IMG/VR virus record: IMGVR_UViG_3300042015_000154 | Coordinates: 40-64,039 of that record | DNA: 64,000 nt | Direction: 5' to 3' (one strand) | Source of the DNA: a virus | Lineage: Duplodnaviria > Caudoviricetes | In this document: in pieces, positions 56,124 through 63,912 of the stretch | How the letters are laid out: every line of letters starts with the position of its first letter | Position numbering within the stretch: the stretch's first letter is position 1 | Notes under the pieces: generated by a model | The model's database searches: none | What the model saw: only the letters and a program-made list of their open reading frames with translations | What the model was told of the DNA's origin: nothing | Translations under genes and position numbers: made by a program

Positions 56124-56566
56124 ACCTGATCACGTTCCATGCGCTCAAGGGTGAGGACGCGGCGGGCTACCGTGTGTTCGCAAAACAGAAAAACCTAGCG
56201 CCGGACGTCTGGACGGCGTGGCGCAGCGAGCGCACGTGGTGCCGCGCCTGTGCGATCGTGGAAGCGGTGTACCGCGCAATTGCAGCGCATTCGCCTACGT
56301 TTAGCTGGACCCAGCTAGCTGGGGGAGTATTAGGCAGCGCAATTCACAACAGTGTCAGCTCGAAGGACATACTGGCCGAACTGGTGGGGGAAGATGACGG
56401 CACGAGCCCCTACGTCATCGCGCTGGCCAACCACGGCCGCTGCGACCTGTGCGGCAAGATCTTCGGCCACTTCCCCACCATCCCGCCGTCGTCGATGCAG
56501 ATCACCGCGCCCGACCCGCACCGCCACGACACGTGGCGCAAGAAAAACCGCTGGAGGATTCGATGA
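56096..56566 (+). CDS. Cys/His-motif paralog 11 (LDLITFHA; CRAC; CDLC)
   Basis: GAGGGG RBS; shared motif. Confidence 0.65.
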   Translation: MGQTNPPVLDLITFHALKGEDAAGYRVFAKQKNLAPDVWTAWRSERTWCRACAIVEAVYRAIAAHSPTFSWTQLAGGVLGSAIHNSVSSKDILAELVGEDDGTSPYVIALANHGRCDLCGKIFGHFPTIPPSSMQITAPDPHRHDTWRKKNRWRIR

Positions 56567-56811
56567 GGTTCAACTACTACCTGATCGCCCACAACCTGCC
56601 GCTCGACCCCACACCTCTGCCGGAGCCGAAGGTAGTGGCGTCGATCACGGTGGACCCCGCCTTCATCGGCAAGCTCAACCCGCACGAGCACCTGAAGGCG
56701 CTCGCCGGGAAGATGGGCCTGCTTGACTTCACCATCGAGTCGGCCGAAGCTCAGGACCGCCCGGGCTACCAGCTCGGCTTGCCGTTCCCGCGCCCGAGGA
56801 AGAAGCATTAA
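56563..56811 (+). CDS. Hypothetical protein
   Basis: GGAGG RBS; stop lies within the palindrome. Confidence 0.7.
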   Translation: MRFNYYLIAHNLPLDPTPLPEPKVVASITVDPAFIGKLNPHEHLKALAGKMGLLDFTIESAEAQDRPGYQLGLPFPRPRKKH

Positions 56812-56821
56812 AACGTTTTAA
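56808..56821. promoter_or_regulatory. Palindromic motif copy
   Basis: TTAAAACGTTTTAA. Confidence 0.85.
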
Positions 56822-56843
56822 CCCTTGTTCTGGAGAGACCATC

Positions 56844-57071
56844 ATGACCACGCGCAAGCTGACCAAGCCGCAGAAGACTCTCGCCGCTATCATCGAGACC
56901 GAGGGTGCAACAATCCTCGCCTTCCGCAAGGCAACCAAACACCTGAAGGTGGACTTCACCTTCGACCAAGGGCAGAGCGTGCACACGCAGACCCTGCCCT
57001 ATGGTGACCCCATCGGCTCGCGCTGGGAGGCCAACTTCCGCGCCGCCGTACGCCGCTGTAAACCCAACTGA
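56844..57071 (+). CDS. Small basic hypothetical protein
   Basis: GGAGAG RBS. Confidence 0.7.
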   Translation: MTTRKLTKPQKTLAAIIETEGATILAFRKATKHLKVDFTFDQGQSVHTQTLPYGDPIGSRWEANFRAAVRRCKPN

Positions 57072-57079
57072 GAGAAGCC

Positions 57080-58186
57080 ATGAACCCGAACCTTCCCGCC
57101 GTCGCAGCCTTGCTGACCGACTTCAAACTCACCGATGCGCAAAGTGCACTCTCGGCCGGCAGCGTGCTGGCTCGTGCCCTCTCCATCTCCATGCAGAACA
57201 CCGCGCCCTACAACCTGCCGATCGACCAGACCCTGCCGGACAGCGACACGCGTGCCGAAGCGATCGCGGCCACGGTGCACCCGCACAACATCGCCAGCGC
57301 CCTGCTGTCCCTGCGCCATGCCGGTGTCGGCGTGCAGGGTGGCCTGCAGGTGTACGGCCCGACCGGCTGGCAGCTGCTCGACCAGCTGGCCATCCCGATG
57401 GTGCAGGTGACCCTGCAGGCGGCGCCTCCGGCTCCCGCTCCCGCGCCTGCACCGGCTCCCGCTCCCGCGCCTGCACCGGCCCCGGCGCCCGCTCCGGCGC
57501 CTGCCGCGGCCTCGACCCCGATCGTGGACCCGTCGGCGCTGGTGGCGGCTGCGGTGGCCGGTGGCGAGCGGCCTATCATCGAAGGCTCGTCGCAGCGCAT
57601 CACCACGCCGCAGGAGTTCGACGCGGCCCGGCAGGCGCAGGGCCACCCGCCGCTGGCCGGCGTCGTGAGCGGCTACGAGGCCGCCGTGGCCCCGGTGACC
57701 ACGCAGGCAGCGCAGCCGGTGACGGTCCCCGCGCCGACCCCGCACGTGACGCACGCGCAGGCCGTGGCGGCCGCAGCGACGGCCCCGACCGAGGAAGTGG
57801 CCGGGCTGCCGGACCCGTCGGTGCTCAACGAGCGCACGGGCAAGAGCGGACGTCCGCAGAAGTCGCCGTTCGAGAAGAAGGTCGAGAAGCGCTCGAAGGT
57901 GGCCGCGCCGCCGTTCTGGTGGGAGTCGCTGCGCTACAGCCTGCCGCGCGTGTTCGTCGACCACCCGGCGCAGGCGCTCGACCCCAGCTCCGACGGTGCG
58001 GGCCCGGTGCAGGCGTACATGGTCGGCATCGCGATCCTGCAGGAAGCGCTGCGCGCTGCCGACGGCACGCTGACGGTCGCCCAGCTGCGTGCGTGGCTGC
58101 GCGAGGTGGAGACCGGCGTCACGGCGCTGGACGACTCCGCCGCGATCAACCAGCTCGTCGGCCACCTGTTCGGCAAGGCCGAGTAA
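57080..58186 (+). CDS. Hypothetical protein with long (AP)n linker
   Basis: 368 aa, codon bias; PAPAPA tract around 57425-57505. Confidence 0.75.
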   Translation: MNPNLPAVAALLTDFKLTDAQSALSAGSVLARALSISMQNTAPYNLPIDQTLPDSDTRAEAIAATVHPHNIASALLSLRHAGVGVQGGLQVYGPTGWQLLDQLAIPMVQVTLQAAPPAPAPAPAPAPAPAPAPAPAPAPAPAAASTPIVDPSALVAAAVAGGERPIIEGSSQRITTPQEFDAARQAQGHPPLAGVVSGYEAAVAPVTTQAAQPVTVPAPTPHVTHAQAVAAAATAPTEEVAGLPDPSVLNERTGKSGRPQKSPFEKKVEKRSKVAAPPFWWESLRYSLPRVFVDHPAQALDPSSDGAGPVQAYMVGIAILQEALRAADGTLTVAQLRAWLREVETGVTALDDSAAINQLVGHLFGKAE

Positions 58187-58228
58187 GACACACGGGCCAC
58201 GGACGGCCCCCTTTCCGGAGTCACCCTC

Positions 58229-58459
58229 ATGGACCACATCGCCACCCGCGAGCACTACCTGCAGCAGCCGCTGACCCAGCAGCTGAAGATCGCCGAGCTG
58301 CTGTCGTACCTCGACCAGAACAAACACTCCTGCCGCTGCGTCATGGCAGGCGGTCGCGACTTCACCGTCATCGTCGGCGCCGGCTACTCCAGCGCCCGTT
58401 ACTGGGCCGACAAGTTCGATCTCGAACTTCACACGGCGGCAGACGCCCACAGGAGTTGA
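58229..58459 (+). CDS. Hypothetical protein
   Basis: GGAG RBS; stop overlaps the next -35. Confidence 0.7.
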   Translation: MDHIATREHYLQQPLTQQLKIAELLSYLDQNKHSCRCVMAGGRDFTVIVGAGYSSARYWADKFDLELHTAADAHRS

Positions 58460-58532
58460 CACTTAACCCCACCTGTGCGACAATATTCACACTGGATGCA
58501 ACGTCCAGCCACCAACAATTAAAACGTTTTAA
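58456..58532 (+). promoter_or_regulatory. Repeated early promoter (TTGACA-CTTAACCCCACCTGTGC-GACAAT) plus palindrome at 58519-58532
   Basis: Third copy; lies upstream of the AAA/vWA operon. Confidence 0.85.
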
Positions 58533-58544
58533 GGAACCAACCTC

Positions 58545-59651
58545 ATGAGCACGAACGGTTACCGCATCAAGGCCGACAAGATCGCCGACTACGCCTCCGT
58601 CTTCTACAACTCCGGTCGCACTCCCCTCTTCATCGGCCCGCCGGGCATCGCCAAGACCGCGTTCGTCCGAGTGGCTGCGAAGGAACTGGCCGCGCAGCGT
58701 GGCATCGAGTTCCTGCCGGTGCGCGAGCTGCACCTCGCTTCCATGTCGGAAGTCGACGTGCGTGGTTACCTGATCCCGGACGGCGACAAGGCCGTGTTCA
58801 CCAAGCCCGAGTTCTGGGCGACGGTCGAGGCGCACCCCGAGGGTGGCATCCTGTTCCTCGACGAGTTCGTGCAGGCCACGCACGAAGTGCAGAAGGCGAT
58901 CGCCCCGCTGATCCTCGAAGGTCGCATCGGCGAGTACGTCCTGCCGCCGACGTGGCGCGTGTTCCTCGCCGGCAACGGTCTGGCCGATGGCGCCGGCGCC
59001 AACACGCTGCTGTCGCACATCATCAACCGCGTCGTGATCGTCGAGGTGGAAGCGCCTGACGCGGACGTGTGGATGGTGTGGGCGGCGGGCGAAGGCAACA
59101 TGCCGTCGGAGCTGATCGCGTTCGCGATGTCGCAGCCGGCGGTCGTGTTCGAGCCCGACGTGTCGCAGCTGGGTCCGGATGAGCCGTTCTGCACGCCGCG
59201 CTCGCTGCATGCGGTCGGCGATCTGGCCAACGCGTTCCCCGGCGGTGTCGAGGGCATGGTCTCCGACCCGGTGGGCATGGCGTTCATGTCCGGTGCGATC
59301 GGCACGGCTGCAGCGTCCGCACTGGCGGTCTTCATCCGCATGGCGATCAGCCTGCCGAGCTACGACGACATCGTGAACAAGCCGCTGCAGACCATCGTGC
59401 CGGATCGCGTCGACCAGCAGTACGCGATGGTGATCATGATCGCCTGCCGCGCCAAGCACGAGGATCTGCAGCCGCTGATGCAGTACCTCACCCGCTTCGA
59501 CAACAACATGATCCTCACCGGCCTCGCCGCGCTGACGCGTCGCGACAAGACGATGACCCACAACCAGTACGTGCTGGCGTGGATCATGGCCAACCAGACG
59601 CTGCTGGGCAAGTTCGCCAAGTACATCTCGAAGGCGGTGCGAGCATCATGA
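58545..59651 (+). CDS. MoxR/dynein-related AAA+ ATPase
   Basis: Walker A GPPGIAKT, Walker B ILFLDE, AGN sensor, NR finger, TPRS. Confidence 0.92.
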   Translation: MSTNGYRIKADKIADYASVFYNSGRTPLFIGPPGIAKTAFVRVAAKELAAQRGIEFLPVRELHLASMSEVDVRGYLIPDGDKAVFTKPEFWATVEAHPEGGILFLDEFVQATHEVQKAIAPLILEGRIGEYVLPPTWRVFLAGNGLADGAGANTLLSHIINRVVIVEVEAPDADVWMVWAAGEGNMPSELIAFAMSQPAVVFEPDVSQLGPDEPFCTPRSLHAVGDLANAFPGGVEGMVSDPVGMAFMSGAIGTAAASALAVFIRMAISLPSYDDIVNKPLQTIVPDRVDQQYAMVIMIACRAKHEDLQPLMQYLTRFDNNMILTGLAALTRRDKTMTHNQYVLAWIMANQTLLGKFAKYISKAVRAS

Positions 59652-60793
59652 GCACGAAGGCCAAATTCAACGAAGCGGTCACTGCACTGCTGATGACACA
59701 GCCGTTCTTTGGCCACCTGCTCCTGAAGATGAAGCACGTCGAGTGCGACACGTTGCGGCCGGCGACGATGGCGGTGTCGCGCACGACGATCTACTACCAC
59801 CCGCAGCTGATCGCGGAGCTGGAGGTGGATTGCATCATGTTCATCCTCGCCCACGAGGTTGCGCACAAGGCGTTCGACCAGATCGAGCGCGCACGCCACT
59901 ACCAGAAGTGCGGTACGGGGCCGGACGGCAAGCCGCTCGACTTCCACCTGTTCAACTGCGCGATGGACTACGTGGTCAATAGCGGACTGGAGGCGCAGGG
60001 CGTAGGGAAGTTCCCGGGCTTCGGCTGTCTCGACCAGCGATTCACGCACGAGATGACGCCCGAAGAGGTGTATTGCATCCTGAAGAAAGAGCAGGAGGAC
60101 GGCAAGCGCAGCCCCGTCGGCGAGCCGATGGACGGCCACGACACCAGCGAGGGCGACGAAGAGCTGGACCCGATCACGCAGGCGGACGTCATCCAGTCTG
60201 CGGACAACCACCGCCGCCTGATGGGCAAGTACCCCGCCGGCATCGAGCGCCTGATCGGCGAGCTGAAGAAGCCGTCGATGTCGCCGTGGCGTCGCCTGCG
60301 TCAGTTCGTCACGACGAACCTGCCCGGGCACGATGCGTCGACGTGGCGTCGCCTGCAGCGCCGCCCGCTGGTGCGTGGCATCGGCATGCCGGGTCGCGTG
60401 CAGCAGGGTGCTGGTCGTGTGGGCGTCGTCGTCGACACGTCGGGCTCGATCGGGCAGGAGATGCTGAACCTGTTCTCCGGCCACATGGCGGCGATCATGG
60501 ACGACGCGATGCCGCGCGAGGTGTACGTGTACTGGGTGGATGCCGTCGTGCAGCGCCGGGACATCGTGAAGAACGGCTCGCAGCTGCGCGCCCTGTTCTC
60601 GAAGCCCGTGCCCGGCGGTGGCGGCACCGACATGCCCCGCGGCGTTCGCGCTGCGGTGGAGGACAAGTGCGACGCTGTTGTCGTGCTAACCGACGGTTAC
60701 ACCGGGTTCGGCCAGAAGGAAACCAAGCCGGTGCTGTGGGCGATCACGTCGCACCAGATCAGCGCACCGCACGGCATCACCATCCACATCTGA
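59648..60793 (+). CDS. Metallopeptidase-like (HExxH) plus vWA domain protein (DUF2201-type)
   Basis: LAHEVAH, N.AMDYVVN, MIDAS DTSGS, GGGGTD, LTDGY. Confidence 0.9.
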   Translation: MSTKAKFNEAVTALLMTQPFFGHLLLKMKHVECDTLRPATMAVSRTTIYYHPQLIAELEVDCIMFILAHEVAHKAFDQIERARHYQKCGTGPDGKPLDFHLFNCAMDYVVNSGLEAQGVGKFPGFGCLDQRFTHEMTPEEVYCILKKEQEDGKRSPVGEPMDGHDTSEGDEELDPITQADVIQSADNHRRLMGKYPAGIERLIGELKKPSMSPWRRLRQFVTTNLPGHDASTWRRLQRRPLVRGIGMPGRVQQGAGRVGVVVDTSGSIGQEMLNLFSGHMAAIMDDAMPREVYVYWVDAVVQRRDIVKNGSQLRALFSKPVPGGGGTDMPRGVRAAVEDKCDAVVVLTDGYTGFGQKETKPVLWAITSHQISAPHGITIHI

Positions 60794-60802
60794 GGTGCAA
60801 TC

Positions 60803-60997
60803 ATGCCCAAGTTCAGTATCTACAAAGATCTGCGCCTGAAGGTGGAGGTGGAAGCCGACACCGCACAAGAGGCGTACCAACAGCAGCTCATCATGGATGA
60901 CAACGAGTTCGAGGTGCTGGAGTGTGATTATGAGGTCTACCTGCAGGACAGCGCGGGTGGCGACACCGAGTGTATCGACGACTACGACGCTGATTAA
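60803..60997 (+). CDS. Small, highly acidic protein
   Basis: GAGGTG RBS; VEVEADT..EA motif; stop lies within the palindrome. Confidence 0.75.
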   Translation: MPKFSIYKDLRLKVEVEADTAQEAYQQQLIMDDNEFEVLECDYEVYLQDSAGGDTECIDDYDAD

Positions 60998-61007
60998 AAC
61001 GTTTTAA
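60994..61007. promoter_or_regulatory. Palindromic motif copy
   Basis: TTAAAACGTTTTAA. Confidence 0.85.
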
Positions 61008-61029
61008 CCCCTCTTCTGGAGATACCATC

Positions 61030-61917
61030 ATGTCCATCATCCCGACCCTGCGCGACAGCGCCATGCTCGTGAACGTGTCTATCAGCGTGTGGTCCGCACG
61101 CAAGCTGGACCGCAAGCAGACCACCAAGGCGATCAAGGGCGCCAAGGCGACCAGCGATGCCGCACGCGTCAACAAGAACCTGCTGGCCAGCGCCGACGCG
61201 CAGCTGCGCGAGGTGCACCGCAAGGCGAAGGCGATCCGCAACTTCGTCGACGACAACTCCGTGCCGTGGGACAACGCAGGCAACCGCCTCGTCACCAACG
61301 ACCGGGCGCTCACGCTGGTGGGCGAGCTGAAGCAGCTGCAGGACGAGTTCGCCGCGGCGGTCGACGCGTTCGTCGACGAGTACCCGATCCTGCGTGCGCA
61401 GGCAGTGTCGAACCTTGGCGACATGGGCGACGACAGCGACTACCCGCAGGCGGAGGTGGTGCGCCGCAAGTTCGGCGTGGAGATCGAGTTCCAGCCGATC
61501 GCCCAGAACTTCAGCGACGTGCGCATCGGCCTGAGCGAGACGCAGGCCAAGGCGTTCCAGCAGCACTTCGAGGGCAACGTGCAGAAGCAGATGGCCAACG
61601 CCGTGCGCGCTGCATGGGGGCGCCTGCAGGAAAACCTCCAGCGCTACAGCCAGAACCTCGACCTGCGCGATGACGACAGCGGTAAGATGAAGATCTTCCG
61701 CGACTCGATGGTCACGCAGTTGCGCGATACCATCAGCCTGCTGCGTGGGCTGGGCAACTTTGGCGACGACAACATGGCGGCCATCGTCGCCCGGTTGGAG
61801 AAGGACGTCGCGGCATTCGAGGCTGGCCAACTGCGCTCCAGCCCCGCCACCTCTGTGGGCGTGAAGGCGCAGGTCGACGACATCCTGAAGAAGATGAGGG
61901 GGTTCCTTGACCAGTAA
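61030..61917 (+). CDS. DUF3150-like helical protein
   Basis: SISVWSARKLD, KNLL, F...Y, DYP....VRRKF, KIFRDS; usual neighbour of AAA/vWA pairs. Confidence 0.7.
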   Translation: MSIIPTLRDSAMLVNVSISVWSARKLDRKQTTKAIKGAKATSDAARVNKNLLASADAQLREVHRKAKAIRNFVDDNSVPWDNAGNRLVTNDRALTLVGELKQLQDEFAAAVDAFVDEYPILRAQAVSNLGDMGDDSDYPQAEVVRRKFGVEIEFQPIAQNFSDVRIGLSETQAKAFQQHFEGNVQKQMANAVRAAWGRLQENLQRYSQNLDLRDDDSGKMKIFRDSMVTQLRDTISLLRGLGNFGDDNMAAIVARLEKDVAAFEAGQLRSSPATSVGVKAQVDDILKKMRGFLDQ

Positions 61918-62725
61918 AGACCAGCGAGACCTGCGCGAAGAAGGCTGGCGTCGGAGCGTGGACAACGCGCTCATGAATCTGCAAACGTCCGGCCGCTACC
62001 TGCGCATCGACCCGAATAACATGACCATGATCGCCAACGCGCTCGGCTCGGTTCGAGCGGGAGTCATGGCGCGCTACGCGGTCGAGCCCATTGCCCTGAA
62101 GAAGATCTGGGACGTACAAACGGTCACCTTCGAGCAGCGGGTCATCATGCAGGTCGGCCTGCTGGTGCAGCGGGGTCTCGGCGTGCCGGAGGCCCTGCGG
62201 TTCTGGAAGAACCTGCGCTTCGCCATCGGGGCCAACATCAACCCGCACGCCATGCAGTTGTGGAACCGGGAACAGATCGTGGAAGAACTGGGCTCGGCGT
62301 TCGGCCACCCGGTGGCATCGGCGATCGCCGACCCGCCGTCGAACCCCGTGCTGCACGCGCTGATGTTCAAGACCCACGGCGTGCAACTGTATCGCTCCGC
62401 TTCGCTGGCGTGGTGTGTTGCTACGGTCACGGGCGAGCGTGGCAAATCGAGGGTTGCGTTCACGCCGCCGTCGGGCATCCGTGAGGGCGAAGTCCCTACA
62501 CCGGACCAGCCGTTGACCGATCTCACGGTCGGTGCAGCGGAAGGGTATTATCGGTCGGCAACCGATGGGATGCACCTCGACTTCACCTTTTGCCTTGACC
62601 CCGTGGAAATGGATTATGCAGACGAAGCTGAAAAAGCGGTACGGGAAACTGACGGTGACGGGGATGACCCGCGAGACCGGAGAGCGCCCCCGCGCCGACG
62701 TTACCTGTCAATGTGGTCGCCGTAA
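61907..62725 (+). CDS. Hypothetical protein
   Basis: GAGGGGG RBS, TTG start. Confidence 0.6.
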   Translation: MTSKDQRDLREEGWRRSVDNALMNLQTSGRYLRIDPNNMTMIANALGSVRAGVMARYAVEPIALKKIWDVQTVTFEQRVIMQVGLLVQRGLGVPEALRFWKNLRFAIGANINPHAMQLWNREQIVEELGSAFGHPVASAIADPPSNPVLHALMFKTHGVQLYRSASLAWCVATVTGERGKSRVAFTPPSGIREGEVPTPDQPLTDLTVGAAEGYYRSATDGMHLDFTFCLDPVEMDYADEAEKAVRETDGDGDDPRDRRAPPRRRYLSMWSP

Positions 62726-63026
62726 GTCGGTGCTCGTGCAGTCCCTGCTCAATGGCAGCACGCGGACGTGCGGCGCAGGCGCCTGTCGCGTGGCGAAGGT
62801 GAAGGCGGACAAGGCCTATCATCCGCGCGGCACGAGCGCGCTCACGCTGCGCCAGCTGCAGGGTGCATGGGCGGCGTACCACCGCACGCGCCAGCCGCTG
62901 TCGCTCACGGCGCTGGCGGAGAAGTACCAGATCAACCGCGAGACGTTGCGCTCGCTGTTCCGAGCCGTCCGGAAATGCGGCGGCATTGAGAGTTACACCC
63001 AGCATGTCAACCCGCCGGAGGAATGA
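62616..63026 (+). CDS. Putative DNA-binding protein (YGKLTV...CQCG...TCG Zn domain plus HTH-like C-terminus)
   Basis: N-terminal module typical of phage HNH/AP2-associated proteins; SLTALAEKYQINRETLRS. Confidence 0.6.
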   Translation: MQTKLKKRYGKLTVTGMTRETGERPRADVTCQCGRRKSVLVQSLLNGSTRTCGAGACRVAKVKADKAYHPRGTSALTLRQLQGAWAAYHRTRQPLSLTALAEKYQINRETLRSLFRAVRKCGGIESYTQHVNPPEE

Positions 63027-63030
63027 AGTC

Positions 63031-63264
63031 ATGGCTGAGCGCGAGCGCAACTACCGCAAGGAATACGACACCTACCACGGCACACCTGCACAGAAGAAAG
63101 CGCGGGCCAGCCGCAACGCTGCACGGGCCGCCGAAGAGAAGGCGGGCAACGTGCGCAAAGGTGACGGGAAGGAAGTCGACCACAAGGATGGCAACCCGTT
63201 GAACAACAAGCCGAGCAATCGACAGGTGATGTCGCGTTCGGCCAACCGGAGGAAAGGCGGATGA
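63031..63264 (+). CDS. Small HNH endonuclease-like protein
   Basis: RNYRKEY...GDGKEVDHKDGNPLNN..SN......ANR; GGAGG RBS. Confidence 0.8.
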   Translation: MAERERNYRKEYDTYHGTPAQKKARASRNAARAAEEKAGNVRKGDGKEVDHKDGNPLNNKPSNRQVMSRSANRRKGG

Positions 63265-63644
63265 ATCTCGGGCTTCTCAGGGCGGGGGATACGTTTATCG
63301 GTGTGACGCGCGGCGACCCCGGGCGACGCAACGACCCGGACAAAGCAGCCGACTACGTGGTGCTCCGCATTGGGCGGAAGTACCTGTACGCCAAGCGCGT
63401 CGATGGACACTTCGGCGAGGTGGCGTTCGGCATCGAACATGGGCTGGAGAAGGCAGGCTACAAGCCGATGCGTGCTTATCCGAGCCGAGCGCAGTGGGAA
63501 GCGGAGCAGCGACGCGAGGCGCAGCTTGAACGCATTCGTCGCCTTGCGCGCGACATGGGCTACGGCGTGAACCGACTGGCGCAGAACGAACTCGACCAGC
63601 TGGAAACCATTCTGCTGCGCGCCACGCAGGTACCGCCGCCGTGA
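63261..63644 (+). CDS. Hypothetical protein (V.RIGRKYLY motif)
   Basis: ATGA overlap. Confidence 0.7.
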   Translation: MNLGLLRAGDTFIGVTRGDPGRRNDPDKAADYVVLRIGRKYLYAKRVDGHFGEVAFGIEHGLEKAGYKPMRAYPSRAQWEAEQRREAQLERIRRLARDMGYGVNRLAQNELDQLETILLRATQVPPP

Positions 63645-63816
63645 TCACGCCCCGCCAAGCCGCGTTCGCCGTGGCCGGCTGGGGTGCGTTCACCGGCTAC
63701 GGCTTTTTCGGCTGGATGGGTGCGTTCTTCATGTCGGCCGCGGTGTACGCACTTGTGCGCATGATGCTGCGCGACGTCGATTTTTAGTTGCGACGAATCT
63801 TTTGGTTGTGTGACGC

Positions 63817-63844
63817 TTGACACGGTTTAGCGCAAGCGTAACGT
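63817..63844 (+). promoter_or_regulatory. Putative promoter TTGACA-N16-TAACGT for the secreted-protein gene
   Basis: Consensus -35; lies upstream of ORF 14..1012 across the circular junction. Confidence 0.55.
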
Positions 63845-63912
63845 AGGCACCACGAAATCACCCACTGCACTGGAGGGGGCAAGTGCAGCGGGCCCTTTAC
63901 GCCTCCGAAGAA

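Noticed and set aside
51248-56566. Diversity-generating retroelement as the source of the paralog variation
   Set aside because: No reverse transcriptase and no template/variable repeat pair differing at adenines was seen
57425-57505. 24-bp direct repeats in ORF 57080 as a regulatory repeat
   Set aside because: They simply encode an (AP)n linker; a similar low-complexity tract occurs in 9365..10651
47741-61007. Palindromic repeats as a CRISPR array
   Set aside because: Repeats are only 12-16 bp and are separated by 0.5-2.5 kb of genes rather than 30-40 bp spacers
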